A stretch of DNA of 64,000 nucleotides, from NCBI GenBank assembly GCA_949358305.1, contig OX442314.1, positions 62,001 to 126,000 on the forward strand, read 5' to 3'. The position numbers and the translations under genes were made by a program. The notes under the pieces are model-generated. The model did no database searches. It worked only from the letters and a program-made list of their open reading frames with translations, and was not told where the DNA came from. Below are positions 12,001 to 23,473 of the stretch, in pieces (the first letter of the stretch is position 1; the number at the start of each line of letters is the position of its first letter). The DNA comes from Strigamia acuminata. Its lineage: Eukaryota.

Positions 12001-15000
12001 AATAAAAAGAGTTTGTTTTTGCGAATAAATGTATTTTATGTCAAAAAATGCTGTTTTTGCGCATAAAAAGACTTTGTTTTTTGAAGAAATGTATTTTATA
12101 CCAAAATATGCTGTTTCGGTGCATTAAAAGCGTTTGTTTTTATGAGGGAAAGTATTTTATGCCTAAAAAATGCTTATTTTGTACATAAAAAGCGTTTGTT
12201 TTATGAGAAAAAATATTTTAAGCTCTCAGTGCCCTCAGAGCCCTCAGAGCCCTCAGAGCCCTCAGAGCCCTCAGAGCCCTCAGAGCCCTCAGACTCAGAG
12301 CCCTCAGACTCAGAGCCCTCAGAAGTCTCAGAGCCTTCAGAGCCCTCAAAGCCCTCCAAGCCCTCAGAGCCCTCAGAGCCCTAAAAAATGCTGTATTTTA
12401 TGCCAAAAAATGCTGTATTTTATGCCAAAAAATGCTGTATTTTATGCCAAATAATGCTGTCTTTTATGCCAAAAAATGCTGTATTTCATGCCAAAAAATG
12501 CTGTATTTTATGCAAAAAAATGCTGTATTTTATGCCAAAAAATGCTGTTTTTGCGCATAAAAAGACTTTGTTTTTTGAAGAAATGTATTTTATACCAAAG
12601 AATGCTGTTTCGGTGCATTAAAAGCGTTTGTTTTTATAAGAAAAAATATTTTCTGCCTTTAAAATGCTGTTTTGGCGGACAAAAAGCGTTTGTTTTAATG
12701 AGAGAAAATATTTTATGCCTCCAGAATGCTATTTTGATGAATAAAAAGAGTTTGTTTTTGCGAATAAATGTATTTTATGTCAAAAAATGCTGTTTTTGCG
12801 CATAAAAAGACTTTGTTTTTTGAAGAAATGTATTTTATACCAAAAAATGCTGTTTCGGTGCATTAAAAGCGTTTGTTTTTATGAGGGAAAGTATTTTATG
12901 CCTAAAAAATGCTTATTTTGTACATAAAAAGCGTTTGTTTTGTGAGAAAAAATATTTTAAGCTCTCAGTGCCTTCAGAGCCCTCAGAGCCCTCGGAGCTC
13001 TCAGAACCCTCACAGCTCTCAGAGCCCTCAGAGCCCTCAGAGCCCGCAGAGCCCTCAGTGCCCTCAGAGCCCTCAGAGCCCTCAGACTCAGAGCCCTCAG
13101 ACTCAGAGAGCTCTCAGAAGTCTCAGAGCCCTCAGAAGTCTCAGAGCCCTCAGAAGTCTCAGAGCCCTAAAAAATGCTGTATTTTATGCCAAAAAATGCT
13201 GTATTTTATGCCAAAAAATGCTGTATTTTATGCCAAAAAATGCTGTATTTTATGCCAAAAAATGCTGTATTTTATGCCAAAAAATGCTGTATTTTATGCC
13301 AAAAAATGCTGTATTTTATGCCAAAAAATGCTGTATTTTATGCCAAAAAATGCTGTATTTTATAACAAAAAATGCTGTATTTTATGCCAAAAAATGCTGT
13401 ATTTTATGCCAAAAAATGCTGTATTTTATGCCAAAAAATGCTGTATTTTATGCCAAAAAATGCTGTATTTTATGCCAAAAAATGCTGTATTTTATGCCAA
13501 AAAATGCTGTATTTTATGCCAAAAAATGCTGTATTTTATGCCAAAAAATGCTGTATTTTATGCCAAAAAATGCTGTATTTTATGCCAAAAAATGCTGTAT
13601 TTTATGCCAAAAAATGCTGTATTTTATGCCAAAAAATGCTGTATTTTATGCCAAAAAATGCTGTATTTTATGCCAAAAAATGCTGTATTTTATGCCAAAA
13701 AATGCTGTATTTTATGCCAAAAAATGCTGTATTTTATGCCAAATAATGCTGTCTTTTATGCCAAAAAATGCTGTATTTCATGCCAAAAAATGCTGTATTT
13801 TATGCCAAAAAATGCTGTATTTTATGTCAAAAAATACTGTTTTTGTGCATAATAAAACTTGTTTTTTGAAGAAATGTATTTTATACAAAAAAATGCTGTT
13901 TCGGTGCATTAAAAGCGTTTGTTTTTATGAGAAAAAATATTTTCTGCCTTCAAAATGCTGTTTTGGCGGACAAAAAGCGTTTGTTTTAATGAGAGAAAAT
14001 ATTTTATGCCTCCAGAATGCTATTTTGATGAATAAAAAGAGTTTGTTTTTGCGAATAAATGTATTTTATGTAAAAAAATGCTGTTTTTGCGCATAAAAAG
14101 ACTTTGTTTTTTGAAGAAATGTATTTTATACCAAAATATGCTGTTTCGGTGCATTAAAAGCGTTTGTTTTTATGAGGGAAAGTATTTTATGCCTAAAAAA
14201 TGCTTATTTTGTACATAAAAAGCGTTTGTTTTATGAGAAAAAATATTTTAAGCTCTCAGTGCCCTCAGAGCCCTCAGAGCCCTCAGAGCCCTCAGAGCCC
14301 TCAGAGCCCTCAGAGCCCTCAGACTCAGAGCCCTCAGACTCAGAGCCCTCAGAAGTCTCAGAGCCCTCAAAGCCCTCAAAGCCCTCCAAGCCCTCAGAGC
14401 CCTCACAGCCCTAAAAAATGCTGTATTTTATGCCAAAAAATGCTGTATTTTATGCCAAAAAATGCTGTATTTTATGCCAAAAAATGCTGTATTTTATGCC
14501 AAAAAATGCTGTATTTTATGCCAAAAAATGCTGTATTTTATGCCAAAAAATGCTGTATTTTATGCCAAAAAATGCTGTATTTTATGCCAAAAAATGCTGT
14601 ATTTTATGCCAAAAAATGCTGTATTTTATGCCAAAAAATGCTGTATTTTATGCCAAAAAATGCTGTATTTTATGCCAAATAATGCTGTCTTTTATGCCAA
14701 AAAATGCTGTATTTTATGCCAAAAAATGCTGTATTTTATGCCAAAAAATGCTGTATTTTATGCCAAAAAATGCTGTATTTTATGCCAAAAAATGCTGTAT
14801 TTTATGCCAAAAAATGCTGTATTTTATGCCAAAAAATGCTGTATTTTATGCCAAAAAATGCTGTATTTTATGCCAAAAAATGCTGTATTTTATGCCAAAA
14901 AATGCTGTATTTTATGCCAAAAAATGCTGTATTTTATGCCAAATAATGCTGTCTTTTATGCCAAAAAATGCTGTATTTTATGCCAAAAAATGCTGTATTT

Positions 15001-16836
15001 TATGCAAAAAAATGCTGTATTTTATGCCAAAAAATGCTGTTTTTGCGCATAAAAAGACTTTGTTTTTTGAAGAAATGTATTTTATACCAAAGAATGCTGT
15101 TTCGGTGCATTAAAAGCGTTTGTTTTTATAAGAAAAAATATTTTCTGCCTTCAAAATGCTGTTTTAGCGGACAAAAAGCGTTTGTTTTAATGAGAGAAAA
15201 TATTTTATGCCTCCAGAATGCTATTTTGATGAATAAAAAGAGTTTGTTTTTGCGAATAAATGTATTTTATGTCAAAAAATGCTGTTTTTGCGCATAAAAA
15301 GACTTTGTTTTTTGAAGAAATGTATTTTATACCAAAAAATGCTGTTTCGGTGCATTAAAAGCGTTTGTTTTTATGAGGGAAAGTAGTTTATGCCTAAAAA
15401 ATGCTTATTTGTACATAAAAAGCGTTTGTTTTATGAGAAAAAATATTTTAAGCTCTCAGTGCCTTCAGAGCCCTCAGAGCCCTCAGAGCCCTCAGAGCCC
15501 TCGGAGCTCTCAGAGCCCTCACAGCTCTCAGAGCCCTCAGAGCCCTCAGAGCCCGCAGAGCCCTCAGAGCCCTCAGAGCCCTCATAGCCCTCAGAGCCCG
15601 CAGACTCAGAGCCCTCAGAGCCCTCAGAGCCCTCAGAGCCCTCAGAGCCCTCAGAGCCCTCAGAGCCCTCAGACTCAGAGCCCTCAGACTCAGAGCCCTC
15701 AGAAGTCTCAGAGCCCTCAGAAGTCTCAGAGCTTTCAGAGCCCTCAAAGCCCTCAAAGCCCTCAGAGCCCTCAGAGCCCTAAAAAATGCTGTATTTTATG
15801 CCAAAAAATGCTGTATTTTATGCCAAAAAATGCTGTATTTTATGCCAAAAAATGCTGTATTTTATGCCAAAAAATGCTGTATTTTATGCCAAAAAATGCT
15901 GTATTTTATGCCAAAAAATGCTGTATTTTATGCCAAAAAATGCTGTATTTTATGCCAAAAAATGCTGTATTTTATGCCAAAAAATGCTGTATTTTATGCC
16001 AAAAAATGCTGTATTTTATGCCAAAAAATGCTGTGTTTTATGCCAAAAAATGCTGTGTTTTATGCCAAAAAATGCTGTATTTTATGCCAAAAAATGCTGT
16101 ATTTTATGCCAAAAAATGCTGTATTTTATGCCAAAAAATGCTGTATTTTATGCCAAAAAATGCTGTATTTTATGCCAAAAAATGCTGTATTTTATGCCAA
16201 AAAATGCTGTATTTTATGCCAAAAAATGCTGTATTTTATGCCAAAAAATGCTGTTTTTTATGCCAAAAAATGCTGTATTTTATGCCAAAAAATGCTGTAT
16301 TTTATGCCAAAAAATGCTGTATTTTATGCCAAATAATGCTGTCTTTTATGCCAAAAAATGCTGTATTTTATGCCATAAAATGCTGTATTTTATGCCAAAA
16401 AATGCTGTATTTTATGCCAAAAAATGCTGTATTTTATGCCAAAAAATGCTGTATTTTATGCCATAAAATGCTGTATTTTATGCCAAAAAATGCTGTATTT
16501 TATGCCAAAAAATGCTGTATTTTATGCCAAAAAATGCTGTATTTTATGCCAAAAAATGCTGTATTTTATGCCAAAAAATGCTGTATTTTATGCCAAAAAA
16601 TGCTGTTTTTGCGCATAAAGAGCGTTTGTTTTATGAGAAAAAATATTTTAAGCCTTCAGAATGCTATTTTAATGAATAAAAAGCGTTTGTTTTTGCGAAG
16701 AAATGTATTTTATGTCAAAAAATGCTGTTTTTTATGCCAAAAAATGCTGTATTTTATGCCAAAAAATGCTGTTTTTGCGCATAAAAAGACTTTCTTTTTT
16801 TAAAAAATGTATTTTATACCAAAAAATGCTGGTTCT
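1..16836 (+). repeat. Composite higher-order satellite array 1 (9/15/18-bp block + 22-bp block + 60-61-bp monomers)
   Basis: Recurring ~0.7-2.6 kb units. Each has (TCAGAGCCC)n with TCAGACTCAGAGCCC and TCAGAAGTCTCAGAGCCC variants, then (AAAAAATGCTGTATTTTATGCC)n, then diverged 60-61-bp AT-rich monomers. Units typically restart at TTTTAAGCTCTCAGTGCC. Confidence 0.97.
7174..7453 (-). mobile_element. Solo LTR, 280 bp, with 5-bp TSD
   Basis: TGTTG...CAACA termini. AAAAT is duplicated at 7169-7173 and 7454-7458. Removing it restores the satellite string CTGCCTTCAAAATGCTGTTTTGGCG seen in sister units. Strand is inferred only from an ATTAAA on the minus strand. 5-bp TSD and TGTTG ends fit Copia or BEL types. 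Confidence 0.85.
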
Positions 16837-17050
16837 TGTTATGTTTTGATTGCAAATTAATGAATAAGCTTTATGACGTACAATGTAATTAGTTAGAACA
16901 ATATACCATGGTTACCTATTGTGTGTAAGGTAGCCATGGTAACAGTATTCTGGAATCAGTCATGTGTGAACTATGAATAAATGAGGGAGTTTCGTGTACA
17001 CTCTTTCCCATTCCAATTTGAGAGTCTAAATCGTTGGTGAGAACCCTTCA
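16837..17050 (+). repeat. 5' LTR of element A
   Basis: TGTTATG...CCTTCA, AATAAA near 16976, followed by G-TGG. Inverted copy at 21298-21511. Confidence 0.8.
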
Positions 17051-20000
17051 GTGGTATCCACGATAAACAGTTTAAGTAAAACGTTTGGACAGTGGACTGG
17101 GCAGTTTGAAATTGCTAATACAGAGCGTATTTACCTAATTGTGAGTTTTTTGCGACAATTTTCAATTGATGAAGTCCGTGTCGGCGAGTCGACGTTCGGG
17201 CGGAGTCCTGGACTGTTTTTTGTGGCGGGCGGCGTGTGAGCCGTTGGCGGCGAGTTTTGGACGTGAGTTGGAGCGATTTTGGCGACGGGAGAAGCGCCAA
17301 GGACACGCGATCGAACACGGGACATCGAACGTGAGGTTTATCGGTTGGTGTAGTTTTCTGCTCCTTGTAATGGCGCAGGTAATGCTTGGTGGCATTCCTC
17401 CATTTTCTGGGTCCACGTTGCACGAGTGGACGAGTTGGAAGCAAACTTACCAACAATTCGTCTTGTTGAACAAGGTAGAAGCCGACAGACAGGTGCCGTT
17501 GCTTTTGACGGTCATCGACATCCCGATGTTCGACAAAATCAAGCGATGGGCGCATCCGAAGGACGTGGTGACGATGGGTTTGGATGTGATTTTGGAGGTG
17601 GTGGACGACCATTACAAGTCGGTCGACACTCCGTACATGGCACGGCAGAGATTTGGGGCACGGAAGCGACACGAGGCCGAGTCAATTGAAAAATACATCT
17701 CGGAACTCCGGATTTTGTCGCAGCGTTGCGGATTCGCAACCAAAGAGGAGACGGACGGGGCGATCGTTCATCAGGTCGTGCGCGGGTCGCGCAATGAGGT
17801 ATTGGTGCGAGAGATCCTTTTAAATATGCCGTTGACGGCGGCCGAGGTGACGAAGCGAGCGGTGGCCCACGAGATGGCGCACATCGCTGCGACGGGGCGA
17901 GAAGAACCACTGCCATTTTCGGATGAGGAATCGGCGAAAGCGACGTCGTCGGCTGCCGTGTTACAGTTGTCATCAGGTGGGAGACGCGGTGTGCAGAGGG
18001 GACGTGGAAGAGCCGGCCAGTTCGGTTCACCCAGCACTCCTGCCCCAGGGACCAGTGCCCAGCGAGGATCGTATCAGCGACCGTGGCGCGGTCGCCAAGG
18101 ACAGGGCAGTGGACGCGGCGGCCAACCAGTTAAAAGGGACGGCACACCCGTCGATTGTTTTTGGTGCGGCGGTCTGCATTTCGTAAAGGACTGCCCTTTT
18201 GAGCCAGCGCTGGGACCAAGGCCCAGCCAAAGTCAAGGGACTGGCGGACGATTGGTTGGTGAGTGGCGGAGAAAAGCGAGTGACCAGGAGGGGGCTTGCC
18301 CGCCGACGACGTTTCCACCTGATGTTGATGGCGGATTTGGAGGTGCAGGGGCACCCGACGAGAAATGGAGACAACGAAACGTCCCGATCAACGCTATACA
18401 GGAGCAAGATGAGGACTATGCCCTGTTTCATCTGGCGGGAGTGAGTGGGCGCCCGCCACCCCTTATTGTGCGAGCGGTTGTAAATTCTTTTAGTTTCAAT
18501 TTGTTGCTGGATACCGGCAGCGAATTGTCAGTGTTGAATGCGGCTGATTGTAATGTCTTGTTGAATAAGCGTTTGTTGTCAAGGAGGGAAATCATTCCCA
18601 CTACGGTCAAGCTGTTTGCGTACCAGCGCCAGCCCATCGAGGTGTTGGGGCAAGTTCGGTTAGTCATGCAAATGGGTCAGGTAACTGCAAGGGTAAATTT
18701 TGTGGTGGTGGGACGTTTGGGCCCAAGTCTTATCGGTCGAGACATAGTGCAAAAATTTGGGTGGCATAATATTTCTGCTGCTTTAATTTCAGGAAACGGA
18801 CGCGACTCGGCAGCGCCAGCGGACGGTGGTGGAGTTGGGTTGAGTGGTCAACATCCGTCGGCGAGCCCAGTGGATCATGTGGAAGCGGCGAGCACGAGCG
18901 CACAGAGAGCTGGTTCCCTTAGCGAGTTGTTGTTGCGTTATGCGCATGTTTTCAGTGAGTGTCTCGGTACCTATAAGGGAGACCAAGTCAACCTTATTTT
19001 AAGGCCTGACGCGGTCCCCAGGTTTTACAGGCCCAGGCCGATCCCGCTGCCCTTGAGAGATGCGGTCAGTTCCGAAATCGATGATTTGATTAGTAAGGGG
19101 GTGTTTAAGCCAATCCCGTTTTCCGCATGGGGGACCCCCCTCGTCACAGTTCGCAAGAAAGATGGGGGGGTTCGCCTGTGTGGCGATTACAGGTCCACCG
19201 TCAACGCAAACCTGCAGCCAGACCCTTATCCTTTACGCCGCATTGCTGAGCTTTTAGCCTCCATCGGGAGGGCGCGAGTGTTCAGTACGCTTGACCTTAG
19301 GCAAGCGTATTTGCAAATCCCGTTGTCCGAGGGGTCGGCCATTATAGCGGCCGTCAACACGCCCAAGGGCCTGATGGCCGTTACGAGGCTCCCGTTCGGG
19401 ACCATGCCTTCTGCAGGCATATTTCAGCGCATTATCATCTCGGTCTTGGACGGGGTGCCTCGTATTTTTGTGTACTTGGACGACATTCTTGTGGCAACTT
19501 GGAGTTTGCCGGAGCATTTGTGGGTTTTAGAGCAAATTTTTGTCAGGTTGGCTGACAGAGGATTACATCTGGCCAGGGAGAAGTGCTTATTTTGTCAGAG
19601 TGGGCTAAATTTTTTAGGGTTTGCGATTAGTGAGAAGGGAGTGAAACCCATCGCGTCAAAAGTGGAAGCGGTGTTGGCAATCCCACCTCCGGTGGATGTG
19701 AAGGGCCTCAGAACCTTTTTGGGAATGGTGGCTTTTTATGCCGTGTTCATTGAGCACTTGGCTGATAAGGCGACGCCACTGTATGAACTTCTGTGCACTG
19801 ACGCAAATTGGGTTTGGAACCAGCGTAGGCAGAGGGCGTTTGATGGGATCAAGCGGGCTTTGACCTCCGCTCCAATTTTGACATACTACGACCTCCACCG
19901 TCCGTTGGTGGTCGCATCGGACGCGTCCCCTTACAGGGTTGGAGCCGTCCTTGCCCACGTGGATGAGTTAGAGAGAGAATACCCGGTCGATTTTGCTTTC

Positions 20001-20641
20001 CGGTCCGTCAGCCGCGCCGAGAGCAATTATGCGCAGATAGATAAAGAGGCGCTGTCGGTTGTATTCGCGGTGAGAAAGTTCCACATTTACCTTATGGATA
20101 GGAAATTTACGATATACACCGACCATAAGCCCTTGCTGGGCATCTTGGGGTCTGACTGGCCGATCCCCTTGGTGGTCAGCCCCAGGATGCTCCGCTGGGC
20201 CTTGCTTTTATCGGCATATTCATATGTGTTGCGGTATCGCAGGGGGACGGACAATTCTAATGCTGATGTCCTGAGTAGGTTCCCTTGCGACCCGGCGCCG
20301 GCTGAGGTGGATGACCGACCCGTGTTTTTGGTGGAAATGGAGGGCAAGAATTTGTTAACAGCGGTGGAAGTCGCGAAGGCGACGTTGGTGGATGTGGAAC
20401 TGATGGTGGTGGTCGCCGCGGTTCGGTTGGGAAGCCCTGCCTCGCTCATGGGGCACCCTGAATTGGCGGTGTTTGTGAGTCGTTTTGAGGAGCTATCTTT
20501 GATGGCAGGAGTCCTCTTGTGGGGGGCTCGAGTAGTAATACCGGGTGCTTTGCAGACTAGGATGCTGCGGCTGCTTCATGAAGGCCATCCTGGCATCGTG
20601 GCCATGAAAAAGAGGGCCCGCAGTGCTATGTGGTGGGCGGG
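16837..20641 (+). mobile_element. Gypsy element A (Mag-like), 3'-truncated
   Basis: 214-bp 5' LTR (TG...CA, 16837-17050), PBS-like TGGTATCCACG at 17052, single gag-pol ORF. Breaks off in the integrase zinc finger at WWAG; no 3' LTR. Confidence 0.9.
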
Positions 20642-20666
20642 GTTCCGAGATGTATTTTTCAATTGA
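17166..20666 (+). CDS. gag-pol: Gag-Pol polyprotein of element A, truncated in integrase
   Basis: Zinc knuckle CFWCGGLHFVKDC, protease LDTGS, RT LDLRQAY/YLDD, RNase H DAS...EAL...TDHKPL, integrase start LHEGHPG. Likely true start is ATG 17370 (MAQV). The last codons come from the inversion junction. Confidence 0.9.
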   Translation: MMKSVSASRRSGGVLDCFLWRAACEPLAASFGRELERFWRREKRQGHAIEHGTSNVRFIGWCSFLLLVMAQVMLGGIPPFSGSTLHEWTSWKQTYQQFVLLNKVEADRQVPLLLTVIDIPMFDKIKRWAHPKDVVTMGLDVILEVVDDHYKSVDTPYMARQRFGARKRHEAESIEKYISELRILSQRCGFATKEETDGAIVHQVVRGSRNEVLVREILLNMPLTAAEVTKRAVAHEMAHIAATGREEPLPFSDEESAKATSSAAVLQLSSGGRRGVQRGRGRAGQFGSPSTPAPGTSAQRGSYQRPWRGRQGQGSGRGGQPVKRDGTPVDCFWCGGLHFVKDCPFEPALGPRPSQSQGTGGRLVGEWRRKASDQEGACPPTTFPPDVDGGFGGAGAPDEKWRQRNVPINAIQEQDEDYALFHLAGVSGRPPPLIVRAVVNSFSFNLLLDTGSELSVLNAADCNVLLNKRLLSRREIIPTTVKLFAYQRQPIEVLGQVRLVMQMGQVTARVNFVVVGRLGPSLIGRDIVQKFGWHNISAALISGNGRDSAAPADGGGVGLSGQHPSASPVDHVEAASTSAQRAGSLSELLLRYAHVFSECLGTYKGDQVNLILRPDAVPRFYRPRPIPLPLRDAVSSEIDDLISKGVFKPIPFSAWGTPLVTVRKKDGGVRLCGDYRSTVNANLQPDPYPLRRIAELLASIGRARVFSTLDLRQAYLQIPLSEGSAIIAAVNTPKGLMAVTRLPFGTMPSAGIFQRIIISVLDGVPRIFVYLDDILVATWSLPEHLWVLEQIFVRLADRGLHLAREKCLFCQSGLNFLGFAISEKGVKPIASKVEAVLAIPPPVDVKGLRTFLGMVAFYAVFIEHLADKATPLYELLCTDANWVWNQRRQRAFDGIKRALTSAPILTYYDLHRPLVVASDASPYRVGAVLAHVDELEREYPVDFAFRSVSRAESNYAQIDKEALSVVFAVRKFHIYLMDRKFTIYTDHKPLLGILGSDWPIPLVVSPRMLRWALLLSAYSYVLRYRRGTDNSNADVLSRFPCDPAPAEVDDRPVFLVEMEGKNLLTAVEVAKATLVDVELMVVVAAVRLGSPASLMGHPELAVFVSRFEELSLMAGVLLWGARVVIPGALQTRMLRLLHEGHPGIVAMKKRARSAMWWAGFRDVFFN

Positions 20667-22843
20667 CTCGGCCTCGTGTCGCTTCCGTGCCCCAAATCTC
20701 TGCCGTGCCATGTACGGAGTGTCGACCGACTTGTAATGGTTGTCCACCACCTCCAAAATCACATCCAAACCCATCGTCACCACGTCCTTCGGATGCGCCC
20801 ATCGCTTGATTTTGTCGAACATCGGGATGTCGATGACCGTCAAAAGCAACGGCACCTGTCTGTCGGCTTCTACCTTGTTCAACAAGACGAATTGTTGGTA
20901 AGTTTGCTTCCAACTCGTCCACTCGTGCAACGTGGACCCAGAAAATGGAGGAATGCCACCAAGCATTACCTGCGCCATTACAAGGAGCAGAAAACTACAC
21001 CAACCGATAAACCTCACGTTCGATGTCCCGTGTTCGATCGCGTGTCCTTGGCGCTTCTCCCGTCGCCAAAATCGCTCCAACTCACGTCCAAAACTCGCCG
21101 CCAACGGCTCACACGCCGCCCGCCACAAAAAACAGTCCAGGACTCCGCCCGAACGTCGACTCGCCGACACGGACTTCATCAATTGAAAATTGTCGCAAAA
21201 AACTCACAATTAGGTAAATACGCTCTGTATTAGCAATTTCAAACTGCCCAGTCCACTGTCCAAACGTTTTACTTAAACTGTTTATCGTGGATACCACTGA
21301 AGGGTTCTCACCAACGATTTAGACTCTCAAATTGGAATGGGAAAGAGTGTACACGAAACTCCCTCATTTATTCATAGTTCACACATGACTGATTCCAGAA
21401 TACTGTTACCATGGCTACCTTACACACAATAGGTAACCATGGTATATTGTTCTAACTAATTACATTGTACGTCATAAAGCTTATTCATTAATTTGCAATC
21501 AAAACATAACAAGAACCAGCATTTTTTGGTATAAAATACATTTTTTAAAAAAAGAAAGTCTTTTTATGCGCAAAAACAGCATTTTTTGGCATAAAATACA
21601 GCATTTTTTGGCATAAAAAACAGCATTTTTTGACATAAAATACATTTCTTCGCAAAAACAAACGCTTTTTATTCATTAAAATAGCATTCTGAAGGCTTAA
21701 AATATTTTTTCTCATAAAACAAACGCTCTTTATGCGCAAAAACAGCATTTTTTGGCATAAAATACAGCATTTTTTGGCATAAAATACAGCATTTTTTGGC
21801 ATAAAATACAGCATTTTTTGGCATAAAATACAGCATTTTTTGGCATAAAATACAGCATTTTATGGCATAAATTACAGCATTTTTTGGCATAAAATACAGC
21901 ATTTTTTGGCATAAAATACAGCATTTTTTGGCATAAAATACAGCATTTTATGGCATAAAATACAGCATTTTATGGCATAAAAGACAGCATTATTTGGCAT
22001 AAAATACAGCATTTTTTGGCATAAAATACAGCATTTTTTGGCATAAAATACAGCATTTTTTGGCATAAAAAACAGCATTTTTTGGCATAAAATACAGCAT
22101 TTTTTGGCATAAAATACAGCATTTTTTGGCATAAAATACAGCATTTTTTGGCATAAAATACAGCATTTTTTTGCATAAAATACAGCATTTTTTGGCATAA
22201 AATACAGCATTTTTTGGCATAAAAGACAGCATTATTTGGCATAAAATACAGCATTTTTTGGCATAAAATACAGCATTTTTTGGCATAAAATACAGCATTT
22301 TATGGCATAAAATACAGCATTTTTTGGCATAAAATACAGCATTTTTTTGCATAAAATACAGCATTTTTTGGCATAAAATACAGCATTATTTGGCATAAAA
22401 TACAGCATTTTTTGGCATAAAATACAGCATTTTTTGGCATAAAATACAGCATTTTTTGGCATAAAATACAGCATTTTTTGGCATAAAATACAGCATTTTT
22501 TGGCATAAAATACAGCATTTTTTGGCATAAAATACAGCATTTTTTGGCATAAAATACAGCATTTTTTGGCATAAAATACAGCATTTTTTGGCATAAAATA
22601 CAGCATTTTTTGGCATAAAATACAGCATTTTTTGGCATAAAATACAGCATTTTTTGGCATAAAATACAGCATTTTTTGGCATAAAATACAGCATTTTTTG
22701 GCATAAAATACAGCATTTTTTGGCATAAAATACAGCATTTTTTGGCATAAAATACAGCATTTTTTGGCAAAAAATACAGCATTTTTTGGCATAAAATACA
22801 GCATTTTTTGGCATAAAATACAGCATTTTTTGGCATAAAATAC
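20642..22843 (-). repeat. Inverted duplication of the 5' end of element A plus upstream satellite (array 2, minus orientation)
   Basis: 20642-21740 is the reverse complement of about 16608-17706 (coordinates sum to 38348), including the LTR/satellite junction. It continues as minus-strand 22-bp repeats to 22843. Confidence 0.93.
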
Positions 22844-23366
22844 TGTCACGGGTGTCCCTTCCCAATTCTTAATTTTCAATTTATTTTCTACATTTCTTCC
22901 CGATTTAATTTATGCACGCGACCTTGTCGCGGTATTGTTTAACCTCAAACCTCGTTCTCGAGTTGGTGACAATCGATCAGCTGATCACTCGATCAGCTGA
23001 CCGATTGTTATAAATATTGCGTCGTGTCGATATGCCGACACTTCGCGACCGATACCCATTTGGACCACAAGTCAATTTCTTTTCGTATCTATTTTTTCTG
23101 ACCGTGCTCGCTCTAACTCCCACCTTTTTATTCATCCGGTGACATTCGAAGCCCCCATTTGAGCTACCGAATTATCTGGAATTGGTCGATTATTTTCGAT
23201 ATAAAACATTATTCGATAACAAGAATCTAGTTGACAGAATTATTCAACGGAACCGGAGTTCTCGAATGACCGACACCCACGCTGAAGGTCATTTTCACTA
23301 CGGGGATTCCACGAACCTGCGACTGCGCGTTTAACACACGCATTGTTTTGTAACGTCATTGTTACA
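22844..23366 (+). repeat. 5' LTR of element B
   Basis: Direct repeat of 34871-35393; about 8 substitutions counted by eye. Confidence 0.95.
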
Positions 23367-23370
23367 AACT

Positions 23371-23390
23371 TGGCGAGCTAGACAGGATTC
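23371..23390 (+). promoter_or_regulatory. Primer-binding site, probably tRNA-Arg
   Basis: TGGCGAGCTAGACAGGATTC 4 nt after the LTR; the same 20-mer occurs in element C at 54695. Resembles the complement of a tRNA-Arg(ACG) 3' end as I recall it. Confidence 0.75.
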
Positions 23391-23473
23391 CGCTTTATTG
23401 AGGGAACCAGCGAGATAGTTAGTATTTTCATTTTTCGTTAATTATTACAATTTTCTTTTCACGTTATTTCAAA

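Noticed and set aside
400..16620. 22-bp repeats as a CRISPR array
   Set aside because: Head-to-tail repeats with no unique spacers, no cas genes, eukaryotic TE context.
12881..16803. MLYFMPKNAVFYAKKCCILCQK-repeat proteins
   Set aside because: Conceptual translation of a stop-free 22-bp unit cycling through three frames.
16837..21511. DIRS-like or TIR element with inverted LTRs
   Set aside because: The inversion extends into gag and into flanking satellite and truncates a DDE integrase; no tyrosine recombinase. It is a rearrangement.
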